The position numbers and the translations under genes were made by a program. The notes below the pieces were generated by a model, which worked only from the letters and a program-made list of their open reading frames with translations, made no database searches and had not been told where the DNA came from. This document shows, in pieces, positions 33,263 through 46,273 of a DNA stretch of 64,000 nt (position 1 is its first letter; the number at the start of each line of letters is the position of its first letter). This DNA comes from Scyliorhinus canicula (Eukaryota), in contig NC_052163.1 of the NCBI RefSeq assembly GCF_902713615.1, positions 109,918,622 through 109,982,621 on the forward strand, read 5' to 3'.

Positions 33263-33519
33263 GTGAGTTGCCTACTTCGCTTTGAGTTGCAGTGTTTTTT
33301 TTTTAATTCCTTTTTAAATCAGTCCCTTGGCACTGAACAGCAAGAAGGCCATTCACACTGCTTTCTGAGCAGAACTTTTTCTAACCTTTGAGTCCCTACG
33401 TGAAGCAGACGTAAGCTATCAGCTTTCCTAGTCTGTCCCACCTTCAATATCCTGGCTGGATTTCCACAAAAATCCACTCTGCCAACATCTCCATATTGAT
33501 CCCCATAATGCCAAAAGTC

Positions 33520-34330
33520 TGGCACAGAATAATGCAGCACAGAAGAAGCCCTTCGGCCCATTGAATCTGTACATGTGCATGAAAAACACCTGACCTGCCT
33601 ACCTAATCCCATTTGCCAGCACTTGGTCCATAGCCTTGAATGTTATGACATGGTAAGTGATCATCCAGGTACATTTTAACGGATGTGAGTCAACCCACCT
33701 CTGCCACCCTCCCAGGCAGTGCGTTCCAGACAGTCATCACCCTCTGGGTAAAAAAAGTTTTTCTTCAAATCCTCCCCTAAACCTCCTGCCCCTGACCTTG
33801 AACTTGTCAACCCTCGTAAGCGACCCTTTAACTAAGGGGAACAGCTGCTCACTATCCACCCTATCCATGCCCCTCATAATCTTGTGCACCTCAATCAGGT
33901 TGCCCCTCAGTCTTCTCTGCTCCAGCAAAAACAACCCAAGGGAGTGGTTAGCGCTGTTGCTTCACAGCTCCAGGGTCCCTGGTTCGATTCCCGGCATGGG
34001 TCACTGTCTGTACGGAGTCTGCACGTTCTCCCCATGACTGCATGTGTTTCCTCTGGGTGCTCCGGCTTCCTCCCACAGTCCAAAGATGTGCAGGTTAGAT
34101 GGATTGGCCATGCGAAAATTGCCCTTAGTGTCCAAAAATGTTAGGTGGGGTTAACTGGGTTACAGGGAAAGGTTGGTGTGGCCTTCAATAGGGTGCTCTT
34201 TCCAAGGGCCGGTGCAGACTCGATGGGCTGAATGGCCTCCTTCTGCACTGTAAATTCTATGATTCTATAATCCAACCTCTCTTCATCACTTAAATGTTCC
34301 ATCCCAGGCAATGTTCTGGTGAATTGCCTC
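33520..34330. mobile_element. CR1 3' fragment (minus) with nested V-SINE (plus, about 33940-34270) in KLHL26 intron 2
   Basis: LEQRRLRGNLIEVHKIMRG motif; SINE head and central domain. Confidence 0.75.
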
Positions 34331-35110
34331 CAGGCAAGTGGAGAGTATTCCATTACACCCCTGACTTCTATCTTGTAGATGACAGAGAGGTTTTGGGGAC
34401 CAGGAGATGAGGCACTTGCTGCAGATTTCCTAGCCTTTGACCTGTTGTGCTAGGCACAATATTTAGATGGCTAGTTCAGTTTCTGGTAAATTTAAGCCTC
34501 CAAAGATGCACGGCCCTCTAAGAAAAAATGTCACCTGATCTCCGTTATAAATGGGCAACCCATTATTTTTAAGCAGTGACCCTGTGTTCTTGATTCACCC
34601 ACAAGAGGAAACATGGTCTCCATACCCACCCTGTCAAGACCGCTCAGGACCATGTATGTTTCACCAAATCTTTTAAACCCCAGCAGATACAAACCTCTCC
34701 CCATGTTACCCTTCCTCAAAAGACAACATGCCTTTTCCAGGCATTCCAATCTGGTACAACCTTCTCTGAACAACTTCCAATGCATTTACATGAAAGGTCA
34801 CAACCTGAAGCGTTAACTTGTCGCTCCACAGTTGCCCCCTGAGCTGTGGAGTAGTTCAAGCACTTTGTGTTTTGATTTCAGATTTCCAGCATCCGCAACA
34901 TTTTGCTTTTGTTCTTGGGATGAAGTTGTTCAGATAGGTGAAGAAGATGGGATTATTCTCCTCCGAGCAAAGAAGGTTAAACAGAGTTAGCCAGTTGTAA
35001 TGCAGAGACGTGTTAGCCAATTTGTACACAGCAGGCACATACATGATAAGAATAAGATCATCCATCTGGGTGTGTTCAATTAATTATTGTTTATATTTCT
35101 TCCTTTCTAG

Positions 35111-36692
35111 AGCAATGTTCACCGGGGGAATGCGGGAAGCGGACCAGGATGTCATTGAGTTGAAAGGCATGTCTGCCAAGGGCCTGAAACACATCATTGA
35201 TTTTGCGTATAGTGCTGAGGTGACCCTGGACCTCGATTGTGTCCAAGATGTGCTGGGAGCTGCTGTTTTCCTGCAGATTGTGCCTGTTGTGGAATTATGT
35301 GAGCAGTTCCTAAAGTCAGCCATAAGTGTGGAGACCTGCCTCAATATTGGTCAGATGGCCACCACCTTCAACCTCTCCTCCCTGAAAGAGTCAGTCGATG
35401 TCTTCACCTTTGCTCACTTCCTCCAAATCGCGGAGGAGGAGGATTTCCTGCAGCTTCCCCTCGAGAGACTTGTCTTCTTCCTAAAGAGCAACAAGCTGAA
35501 GAATTGCAGCGAGGTCGACCTGTTCCGTGCTGCCATCCGATGGTTGCAGCATGATGAGTCTCGACGAGCTAATGCTAACTTGGTCCTCTGCTACATCCGC
35601 TTTCCCCTGATGAAATCCTCTGAACTAGTGGACAATGTCCAGACGCAGGCAGTGATGGTGGATGATCCTCTGTGTCGTCACTACTTGCTGGAAGCCTTCA
35701 ATTACCAGATCCTGCCGTTCCGCCAACATGAGATGCAGTCTGCCAGGACCAGAATCCGCTCGGACACAATCTCCCTCATTGCCTTTGGTGGAACTCCGTA
35801 CACCGACAATGACCGAACGGTTAGCCGCAAAGTCTTTGCTCTTCCAGATTGGAATGCACGTCAGTTCACGGAGAGACCGGAAATGGAGGTGGGATGCAGT
35901 CATGCCTGCGTTGCTGCCTTGGACAACTTTGTGTATATAGTAGGAGGTCAGCACCTACAGTACAGGAGCGGTGAAGGGGCAGTCAGCTGGTGTTTCCGTT
36001 ATGACCCCCATCTCAATCACTGGCTGCAGATTCGGTCTCTGCAGGAAGCTCGCATTCAGTTCCAGCTGGACGTACTGCAGGGAATGTTGTTTGCCACTGG
36101 AGGTCGAAATCGCTCTGGGAGCCTCTCGACTGTCGAGCGTTACTCCCCACGGAAAAATGAATGGACGAATGCGAGTTGTCTGAAACGGCGGACCTGGGGC
36201 CACGCAGGAGCATCCAGTGGGGGCAAGCTGTATATTTCTGGAGGCTATGGCATCACCATTGAGGATAAGAAATCCCTTTGTTGCTACAATCCTGAAAGTG
36301 ACCTCTGGGAGTTCAAAACGTCAATGAACGAACCACGGGTTCTTCACTCAATGGTCAGTGCGAATGGACGGATTTATGCAATTGGCGGCCGCATGGACCA
36401 TTTTGACCACTGTTTCGATGTCCTAGCTGTTGAATATTATATCCCGGAGACTGATCAGTGGACCAGCGTTAGTCCAATGAGGACAGGTCAGTCTGAGGCT
36501 GGTTGCTGTGTGTTACAGCGAAAGATTTATGTGGTGGGAGGATATAACTGGCACTTGAACAACGTGACCAGTATTGTGCAAGTTTATAACATTGGCACAG
36601 ATGAATGGGAGAGGGACTTGCATTTTCCAGAATCGTTTGCAGGAATCGCCTGTGCTCCTCTAGTCCTCCCACAGCTCTCGGTGCAGAGATAG
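35111..36692 (+). CDS. KLHL26: KLHL26 exon 3 (BTB end, BACK, Kelch repeats); spliced CDS 47+183+1582 = 1812 nt, 603 aa
   Basis: Acceptor TTTCTAG|A; AMFTGGMREADQDVIELKG..., GGQHLQYRSGEGAV, WERDLHFPESFAGIACAP, closely matching human KLHL26; exon phases consistent. Confidence 0.97.
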
Positions 36693-36917
36693 CCGAAACA
36701 TTACTCACGGGGCAGTAGGAAAGGAAGCCCCACACCGGACAGGTGGACGAGCTCTTGCCTACAGGCTGGGAGGGAAGAGCTGGATTGAACCAGTCAGTAT
36801 CTGCACTTCCAGTAAAAACAAAATCAGGGCACACACTGAGTTTTACCAGTGAGCCCACACTGCTCAGTATTGTAGCCACATTTCACTCCGGGTCCCTTGG
36901 GTGGCTGCAGGGAAAGG

Positions 36918-37912
36918 AATAAAGATTGACTGCTGTACCAGACTTGTCCTTCTGTGACCTGTTTTATTTGGAACATGTTTAAACTCAGCCATTCCACATG
37001 TTACTTATGAACGTAATAAATCCCAATTTTGCTGCTTCAATCAAACAGATCCAAGAAGCCTACCTACCCGCCTTCAAACGGTGAAAGGAAGATCAAGTAA
37101 ATGAGAATGTTTGTTATTTTGTGTGCTGTACTCCAACTTAGTTACTCTACATTTGACACTCTCCAGCCTGCGGTTGGCCAGCATATTGTCAGCTGGTATT
37201 GAAATCACCAATTTCCGAGTTTTGGTACCAGTCTCTAATTCACTGTGTATAAATGGAAATTGTACAGGATACTGAACTGCTGAAAATTGGAATTCTGTGA
37301 AAGTGGAAACCTTCCTCAGGCCCACAAGGGACTCGCCTCCAGCAGAGATCAGTTTCCAGAGACTCCATCGAGTTTGGAGCAGAGCTGAGCGTTCCTGCTG
37401 AGCCAATGAAGTACTCGCAAAATCAGGACAAAATGCTGCAAATGCTAGAAATCTAAAATTAAGCAAAAATGTTAGAAGTACTCAGCAGATCAGGCAGCAT
37501 CTGTGGAGAACATTTCCGATCAGCACCTCATCAGATAGGTGCTGACTCTCTATTTTTCTGGAATTAATTTTAAAATGTATTGAATGTGAAGCATTGATGT
37601 CTTGCTGAAGTTATTTCCGCATGTAGCCTCTGTGGAAACTGAATATTGCTAATGCTCTGCTGTTGGTTACAGCCACGCTCTGTATAAAGTGTCATGTTAC
37701 TCCTTCCACCTGCTGCCTGTCCCAGTCTTGTCAAGTTGTGAGCTGTCGCTCATTCCCTATCCCAACATCAGTGCCTCTCCTGTTTGCTGCCAGGTTTAGA
37801 GCCATCCCTCTGGGATAGACAGCACTTTTAATCCATTTATTTTAGTTGCACATCCCTGTTCATCCAGGTTAACAATGGAAATCTCAACCTGCGGATTTAA
37901 TTCTGGAATAAA
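36918..37912 (+). terminator. Candidate KLHL26 poly(A) signals (AATAAA at 36918, 37015, 37907)
   Basis: Hexamers downstream of the stop codon; which one is used cannot be told from sequence. Confidence 0.4.
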
Positions 37913-38049
37913 GTGTCTGCTGTAACTGAGATATGGAATGATCTGTCTAAAATGATTGCACACTGGGACTGTGGGTAATAATATCCCTCAGGCTGAGCCA
38001 GCAGGTTACAGGATCCAATTTCACTTCAGAGACTTTCACAAAAATTTCC

Positions 38050-38200
38050 AATGAAGGGGCAATTTTAGTGCAGCCAATCCACCTAACCTGCACATCTTTG
38101 TTGAGGGAATGAGACCCGTACAAAGACAGGGAGAATGTGCAAACTCCACACGGATAGTGAGCCGGGGCCGGGATTGAACCCAGGTCCTCTGTGCCGTGAG
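38050..38200 (-). mobile_element. V-SINE fragment
   Basis: CCAATCCACCTAACCTGCACATCTTT...TGCAAACTCCACACGGA central domain. Confidence 0.75.
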
Positions 38201-38985
38201 CACTCCGGAGACTTAAGTGTATAATTCAGGTGTACAATTAAGGGAGTGCTGCGCTAACAGAGGGTGCTTCGGGGGGGGGGGGGGGGGGGGGGGGTCAGCA
38301 CAGAGGGGACTGCACTGTGTTGTCGGAGGGTCAGTGCTGAGTGGAGCGATGCCGCACTGTCGGAGGGTCAGCGTTGGGGGAAGGAGGAGGCAGTTCCGTA
38401 CTGTCGGAGGGTCAGCGCTGAGTGGGGTGGCATTCTGGAAGCGGGGGAGCGGTGCCGTACTGTTGGAGGATCAGCGCTTGCCAGGGGGGGAGGGGGGGGG
38501 GGGGGTGGCGGCACCGCCCTGCCAGAGGGTCAGGGCTGGGAGGGTGTGGTGGCACCATGCTGCCGTTGGGGTGGGGTGGGTGGTGGCAATGCTGTTGTGG
38601 GTCATGGCTGAGAGCAGGGGAGGGCGCCAAGGTGTCGGAGAATCAGCGGTGGGGGGGGGGGGGGAAGTGATAGCCCAGTGCTGTTGATGGGGGGGGGGGG
38701 TTGCGGCAGCGCTGCACTCTCAGAGGGTCAGCACTGATGGGGTGGAGCCGTGCAAACATTAAACAGTGTCCCTGTCTTCCCTCAGATAGATGTAAACAAT
38801 CCAATGCCACTATTCAATGAAGGACAGCAGAGGTCTCTCGCTGCAGAATCAATTTTTATCCTTCGGCCAACGATCCACATTATCTCATTGCAGTTTGTGA
38901 GAGCTTGCTGTGTGCAGGTTAGCTGCTGTGTTTCCGATATTGTAACTAATCGTACTTCAAAATTAGTTCTTGGCTGTGAAGTTGT
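38201..38985 (+). mobile_element. Deu-domain SINE with an internal degenerate, G-rich version of the 33-bp minisatellite (about 38240-38740)
   Basis: GGGAGTGCTGC...GTCGGAGGGTCAG units (reverse complement of the 731-1670 unit), followed by TGTAAACAATCCAATGCCACTATT...GAGCTTGCTGTGTGCA...GCTGCTGTGTTTCC. Confidence 0.6.
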
Positions 38986-39539
38986 ATCCCCTGTCCTCAT
39001 CACCTCACTTTCTCAAATCGAGCCTGAAGGGAGACCCTGGGCGAGGTGTACATAACACTGGAGCAACTGCACTCGACACTAACAAAGAACTGATGTACAG
39101 GATACTGGACAGGTTACACAAGGCAGTCTGAACACTGGAGAGAATGTACAGGATGCTCAGGGCAGTATAATGCAGCACACTGGCCTACCTCAGAACATGT
39201 ACCGGAAGAATCTTTTACAGTATAAAAGGCGGCCATTTGACTGTGCTTTGACCTGTCTGTGCTTGCTCTCCTAAGGAGCAATTCATGTGCTGCCACCACC
39301 CGTCACTTCTCTCTTCTCCCCCCCACATCTTTACATATTCCTCTCTTTTGGATACATAGGAAAATTTGAAAAAAATACAGTGCCAGGAGTGTTACACTCC
39401 AGGAATTTGATGAGTTCGCCTTTCACCATGTTTAAACTGCTCAGAAACTTGCAGAATTATCAGCTGCAGCCATTTTATCAGACCAGCCATTTATTCTATT
39501 TCAACAGTAAAATAATTTTGTAAAGTAGCCAGGATGATA

Positions 39540-40600
39540 TCGACCTCCCTCGTGTCTTTGTAGTTACCCTTATTTAATTGTAAAAACATTACATCTGATT
39601 CCAGCTCCTCCCTCTCAAATCGCAGTGTAAATTCTATCATATTGTGATCACTGCCCCCTAAGGGTTCTTTCACCTTAAGTTCCCTAATCAGGACTTCCTC
39701 ATTCTACATCACCAAATCTAGAACTGCTTGTTCCTTAGTAGGCTCTACCACAAGTTGCTCCAAAAACCATCTCATAGACATTCCACAAATTCCTTTTCTT
39801 GGGATCCACTACCAACCTGATTTTCGCAGTCCACCTGCGTATTGAAGTCCCCCATTGTAATATTGCCTTTCTTATATGCCTTTTCTATCTCCTGATTTAT
39901 TTGCTGCCCCACATCCTGACTGGTGCTCGGGGGCCTGTACATAACTCCCATCAGGGTTGTTTTTCCTTTGCGGTTCCTCAAATGTGCCCACACACATTCA
40001 ACATCTTCTGACTCTATATCGCTTCTTGCTATCAATTTAAATTAATTTCTTACTAACAATGCATCCCCGCCCCCTTTGCCCATCTGCACGTCCTTTTGAT
40101 AGGACACCTATCCTTGGATATTTAGATCCCAACCCTGATTCCCTTGCAGCCAGGTCTCTGTGATGCCCACAACATCGTACCTTGTGCGCAACAAGCCGAT
40201 TTATCTTGTTTTGTATATTGCGTGCATTTAGGTACCACACTCTCAGTCCTGCATTGACTTCCTTCTCATACTTGTCACCTTTTTTTGCTGTGCCTGAAGT
40301 TAGATTCCTGCCACTTTCTATACTCTCTGGTCTATTATGTGATCTGGAAACTTTATTAACTTCTCCTGAGCCCCCACCACCACCACACACACACAATTTA
40401 GTTTAAAGCCCTATCTACAGCCTTAGTTACGTAAATCGGCAGGACTCTAGTCACAGCTTGATTCAGGTGAAGACCATCTCACCGGAACAGTTCCCTTCTT
40501 CCCCAGTAATGGTGCCAATGTCCCATGAATTCAAACCCATTTCTCCCACGCCAACTTTTGAGCCATGCATTTACCTCTTTAATATATTGACCCTGTGCCA
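39540..40600 (-). mobile_element. CR1 fragment (end of ORF1 and ORF2 endonuclease)
   Basis: LRVWYLNARNI, GVMYRPP, MGDFN, GGSDHNMIEF. Confidence 0.85.
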
Positions 40601-40699
40601 CAACTATTCCAGGTGTGATCTTACAAAGTCCCAGTACAATTGGAGCAAGACATGTTCACCCCTGTACTCTAGACCTCGTGCATTAAAGGCCAACATGTC

Positions 40700-42711
40700 A
40701 AGGGGATAGACACATTAATTGATGTGAATCCAGCTCCATGATGGCCGCCAGCACCTTCTTGACAAACTCCGCATCATCCCAATTGGGCGCATAGACATTT
40801 ACTAACACAACCTGCACTCCCTCCAAAACCCCACACATCATGTACCGATCCTCTGGGTCCCGCACCTTGCTGGCCACTACAAATGCCAACCTTATACCAA
40901 ATGGGGTCACACCCCTCTCGATTTGGAATCAAACACCAAGTGAAGCGGTTGGCCCATCCACCCCTTCCTTAACCGTACCTGATTCTTCACCCGCAGGCGG
41001 GACTCCTGCAGAAAAAACTACTTGGCTTTAAATTTTTCAGGTGCGCAAACACCCATGATCGCTTCACCAGACCATTTAGCCCCACACATTCCAGTCCCTA
41101 TTCTCACCAAGGGTTTCTGAACCCCCTCCCCCCCCAATTTGGGTCCACCATCCCAATCCATCACAAAACTGTCTCTGCCCCCAATCCCCTTTCTGGTCCA
41201 GGCCCACTCAAAGTAGCCACCCCCTCTCTCCGCTGCCTCCACCCAATAAGCTACCTGCATCACCAGCACACTCTCCTGCCCCACCCCAACCCCTACCTCC
41301 CCCAAACTACCTAACTGCACCCCTCCTCTCTCCCCCCCCCCCCCCCCCCCCGCTCCCTGACTACCTGTCGCAGCCCCCTCCCTCACATTGCTTTCGTTCA
41401 CCAGCATCCTGCTCGTGTGGCAACTCCCACCTGGAGATTGACATCAAGGCCCTGCCTCCACATTGCATTCCCACCTCCACTCCTCGGAGATTCTCTGCCC
41501 AATCCCACACCCCGCCACCCCACCCTCGGAACCCTCGTCCTCCCCCTGCAAACAGGAGAAAGACACCCAGGTCTCGGAACCATCCCCCCATCAACCAGAA
41601 TAAAATACCAAAAAGGCCAACATGTGCAATAAACAAACCACATGCAAATATTGTACAAACATACCAAAAACCAAGAAAATTCCTGCAGTTAATCCTTCTC
41701 CAAACTATGCACCTTAATAACGTAATTTGCCTCTTCTGGCATCGTAAATTGGCATTTCTGCCCCATAAAACTCACCCAGAGTTTGGCTGGGTACAAGATC
41801 TCAAACTGGACCTTATTCCAAAAAGCAGCACTTTGGTCTGGTTAAAACCCACCCACCACTTGGCCATGTCGGCCCCAATGTCCTGATAGATTCAAATCCG
41901 CCGACCCTCCCAACTGCAGTCTCACATCGTCCTGGCCCATCTCAGAACCTTCTTCTCCTGGAATTTGTGCATTCGCATTCCCATCGCACATGGCAGCTCC
42001 CCAGCTCTCGGCCTCTGTCATAGCAAACGGTGTGCCCGGTCCACCTCCGGGGCCCTCTTGCAGATCCCATAGTCAACCAGCTTCACAAACATCTTCAAAA
42101 CGTAAGCTGTAGCACTCGTTCCCATCACCCCCTTCGACAGTCCCATGATTCTTAAATTCTGCTGCCTCGACCGATTCTCCTGATCGTCCGCCTTTACCTT
42201 CAACATCACCGTCTCTGCTTGCAGCTCCAAAATGCAACTGTTGTGATCCATTACAGCCCTTTCCACCTCACGGATCGGCGCATTTTGCAATTCCAGGCGC
42301 TTCTCCACCCGCTCCAAAGTTCTGCGAAGAGGGACTCCTGCTCCCTCAATGGCCTTGGACCAGTCCTCTTGCATCTCTAGCCGATACTGCTGGAGTTTCC
42401 CCTTAATCAACACCAACAACTGCTCCACAGGCAGTGGGGTGTTCAATGACGACACTCCTGACTCCACCATGCCTTCCGTTACCGCGCCATACAGATTCTC
42501 TTCCTTTGGAGCTGCCGCTTTATTCAATTTCTGCTGGGTGTAGTAACCCGCCGACCTTCCACTTTGGAGGAGAATTTAACTCCCGCCATTTATTTTGCAC
42601 AATCTCCAACAAAAGCGGCCAGTAAGCGAGCAGAAAGTGCCAAAACCAAAGCCTCTGAGCAGGAGACACCTTGTGTGCGACTGATCTGCTCATGGCCGCC
42701 ATCGGAAGTCC
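40700..42711 (-). mobile_element. L1-clade LINE 5' part (5'UTR, ORF1, start of ORF2 endonuclease)
   Basis: DQENRSRQQNLRIMGL and EVDRAHR (L1 ORF1); VLVNVYAPNWDD (EN); 5' end GGACTTCCGATGGCGGCCATG. Confidence 0.85.
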
Positions 42712-43108
42712 GTAAGGTGGTATTTTTGGGGGTCTATCAAGTTATGCAGGTTTGTGGGGTACGTGTGTGTGATTAATTTAATTGAACTGAAGACAGTTTG
42801 TTTACAGGAATCGATATCAAAGAAGTCTGGGTGTGAAAGTCAGGCACTTGAAGTAGATATGGCCAAGTTGAATTTTCTACAAGTTAATAAGCCTTGGGTA
42901 GAAATTTGCAATAGGAGATAAAGAAAGTTTGTTGTGTTCCGTTGAATTTCAAAGGGGAGTAAAAATGGCTTACAACTTGGAAAAGGTCATAAATAAATAA
43001 GGCAAAGTTATTTGACCCAAAAATGGAGGCAGCATTGCTGCCTATGGCGCTGAGGACCCGGGTTCGAATCCCGGCCCTGGATCACTGTCCGTGCGGAGTT
43101 TGCACGTT

Positions 43109-43752
43109 AGATAGATAGATAGAGAAATACAGCACAGAACAGGCCCTTCGTCCCACGATGTTGTGCCGAACTTTTGTCCTAGGTTAATCATAGAATTTTA
43201 GACACTAAGGGCAATTTATCATGGCCAATCCAACCAACCTACACATCTTTGGACTGTGGGAGGAAACCAGAGTACCCGGAGGAAACCCACGCACACACGG
43301 GGAGGATGTGCAGACTCCACACAGACAGTGACCCAAGCCGGAATCGAACCTGGGACCCTGGAGCTGTGAAGCAATTGTGCTATCCACAATGCTACCGTGC
43401 TGCCCTTAAGAAGAAATTAATCTACACTCCATTATTCTACCCTAATCCATGTACCTATCCAATAGCCGCTTGAAGGTCCCTAACGTTTCCGACTCAACTA
43501 CTACCACAGGCAGTGCATTCCATGCCCCCACTACTCTCTGGGTAAAGAACCTACCTCTGACATCCCCCCTATATCTTCCACCATTTACCTTAAATTTATG
43601 TCCCCTTGTAATGGTTTGTTCCACCCGGAGGAAAAGTCTGACTGTCTACTCTATTCTCCTGATCATCTTATAAACCTCTATCAAGTCGCCCCTCATCCTT
43701 CTCCGTTCTAATGAGAAAAGGCCTAGTACCCTCAACCTTTCCTCGTAAGACC
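43109..43752 (-). mobile_element. CR1 3' end carrying an embedded V-SINE in its 3'UTR, itself inserted in another SINE (about 43033-43830)
   Basis: RGHKFKVNGGRYRGDVRGRFFTQRVV...LDRYMD*, then SINE, then LINE tail with (TCTA)n; flanking SINE halves join at CGTT. Confidence 0.85.
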
Positions 43753-45190
43753 CGTTCTCCCCGTATCGATGTGGGTTTCACACCCACAACCACGCCACGC
43801 TCAATTGCCTCTTAATTAGAAAAAATTATTGCAAAAAATGGAGGCAGTAGGGAAAACATAAGAAGATTTTTATATTCTGTGAAGGGTGAATTTCAAAGAA
43901 GGATAAGGACAATGGAATAAATATGAAGAGGGAAATAAACTACTTGCTTTGTATGAGAGCTATGTTGTGAATTGTGTAAGACTTCCCAGAGTGCTGCTCT
44001 CTGTGCTGGGAACAGAGCTGTGAAGGAAGCAGGGTATTATTTTAAAGTTTCTTCAATTGCCACTGCAGAGTAGAAGCAAGATAGAAGCCCTGTGACGTAC
44101 TTTCCCTACAGCAACAGTGGGTTTGCCTTACAGTAATATTATTGGAATTTTCAAAGTTAAATATAAGAAATTGTTGCCTAAAGGAGTGTTTTATTTGTGA
44201 GTCTAACCAAGTAGGAAATATTTTGGGGGGGCATGTGTTGTAAGACTAATGTTAACTGTGTAAAGGTAATCTTGTGTTCATAAATTTTATTTTATTTTGT
44301 TAATAAAAGTTTTTCAATGTGCCGTATGTGTGAAGGTGACAGACAGACTCTTGTTTGTCACTAGGATGACTGATATGAGAAGTGAAGGATTTGGGACGTC
44401 TGGTGGCGGCCATGAGCTGAGTGGTCACACGCAAGTTGGCTCCCGTGTGAAAAATGCAAAAACAGCCTTATAACCCCATCAAACGGGCAACAAAATTATC
44501 CACAACCCCTCCCCCTCCAGCTGAACCCCAGCAGACCACGTCAAAGAGGAACCCAAAAGAGGAGAATGGGACAGAGTCAGCCACCCATCAAGAAAGCCAC
44601 CAAGGAAAAGGGGAGGGAAACCTCGGCCTCGGAACTGGCAGCCACATGAGGTGGCCAACGCCACAGAGTTCTCAGCGCAGACCCAGGCGCTGATGGACAA
44701 GCTCAAGCTCATGGGCTTCATCACCGCTGAGCTCCAGAGGCACAGAGAGGAGCAGAAAAGAGGCGGCCAGGCAGCCGTTGAGACAGCGGTGGAGACGGCG
44801 ACGGCCCCCATGAGGGAGGCAATGGCCTAAATGGAGCTGGGGCTGAAGGCCCAGGAATTGAAAACGAGAGACCGGGAGAAAGCCACCACAGACCAAGGGA
44901 CCGGATCAAAGAATTGGAGACCCAAGTGGCGAGATTGATCAAGACACAGAAGGGCCTAAGGGAGAAAATCACCGATCATCAGAACAGGTCTCGCCGCCAG
45001 AACTTGAGAATCGTGGGGCTGGCAGAGAGGATGGAGGGGAGAAACTCCTTAGAGTACGTCTCGGAGATGTTCACAAAACTAGTCGGCAATGAGGGCTTTG
45101 CCAAGTTCCTGGAGGTGGACCATGCCCACAGGTCCCTTCGACAGCAGCCCAGAGCCGGGGAACCTTCACGGGCGATGATTGTGAAGTTCC

Positions 45191-45809
45191 TATTACGGGC
45201 CAGGGTTTAGAGAACCCCAAAATGTGTCACGGAGTTCACCTGACCCACAACTTTTAATTGATTTTGGTTATGGGGAGCACAAGGGCCCACTCTACAGGTG
45301 TGATGCAACAGAGAGTTAAAGTACTTTTAAAACAAAACAATGTTTATTATATGAATCCAGTTAACATTTTATAAACACACAGTAAACATCTTAGCAACTA
45401 TCAACTCACATACTTCCCCCAAAGAATACAGTACGCTATAAGTAACCCTTAATCTTTCCTAGCAACATCCATAAGACAAATACTATCTTTAACAAAGACA
45501 GCAGGTTTAAATTCTCTACTGAGAGCAGTTACCACTTTTAAATTAGCAAGTGATCTGAAGACATTCTTTTCACACAGAGAGAGATCAAAATTATACCTTG
45601 TTTGGCTGGATGTAGCTCCAACTCTGAAAATGAAACTAAACACACACTGTAGCTGCCAGCTCAAAAACAAAATTAAAAGCAGACAGACATCCCCGTTCCA
45701 CCCACACTCTGACATCACTGCAGCCATTTGATAAACACCCATTTCTTAAAGGTACATCCACTACAGCTATTTGATAAACCCCCATTTCTTAAAATACTCT
45801 CACATGACA
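45191..45809 (-). mobile_element. 3' LTR of an LTR retrotransposon with PPT (45810-45820) and a short piece of internal sequence
   Basis: On the minus strand, CTTGGGGGAGG is followed immediately by TGTCATG; AATAAA near 45345; far end reads ...GTAATA (CA apparently mutated). Confidence 0.7.
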
Positions 45810-45946
45810 CCTCCCCCAAGAAAAAAAAATAAACCATTAACTTCAAGATGGTTTCATTTTTCACCTTTTCAGTTTCCTTTAAGAAATATTGACAGTGAAT
45901 ATACTTTTTTTAACAAAACAAAGCATGCAAACATTTATAACATAGT

Positions 45947-46273
45947 TGTGGTGAATGAGATTCACACGGTATTATAAGTTACCAATGTCACTCTGTTCCC
46001 ATTGTATATATGTACCGATATTGTATGTGCAGTTGCACTACCTGACCACCAGGGGGAGTAGCTCTGGGAGTACTCGAGAGTTTGTACTGGGCTCCCCCTT
46101 GGCTCCGCCCAGAACTCCTCCCCCTGGAGCTGCTGTATAAAGATCCGTGCCACAGAGCCAGCCGGCCAGTTCATCGAAAGTTCAACGGCGAACAGGCTGG
46201 CTCTGTTGTAAGTATGTTAAAACCGCTATTCTAATCCTACAAGCACGTGTCCGTAGAATTGATGGTTCCATCA
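45947..46273 (+). mobile_element. Solo LTR (327 bp), probably Gypsy-type
   Basis: TG...CA ends; perfect 5-bp TSD ATAGT (45942-45946, 46274-46278); TATAAA near 46136. Confidence 0.88.

Noticed and set aside
35010-35110. N-terminal extension of the 560-aa KLHL26 ORF
   Set aside because: Intronic; a canonical acceptor at 35110 joins exon 2 in phase
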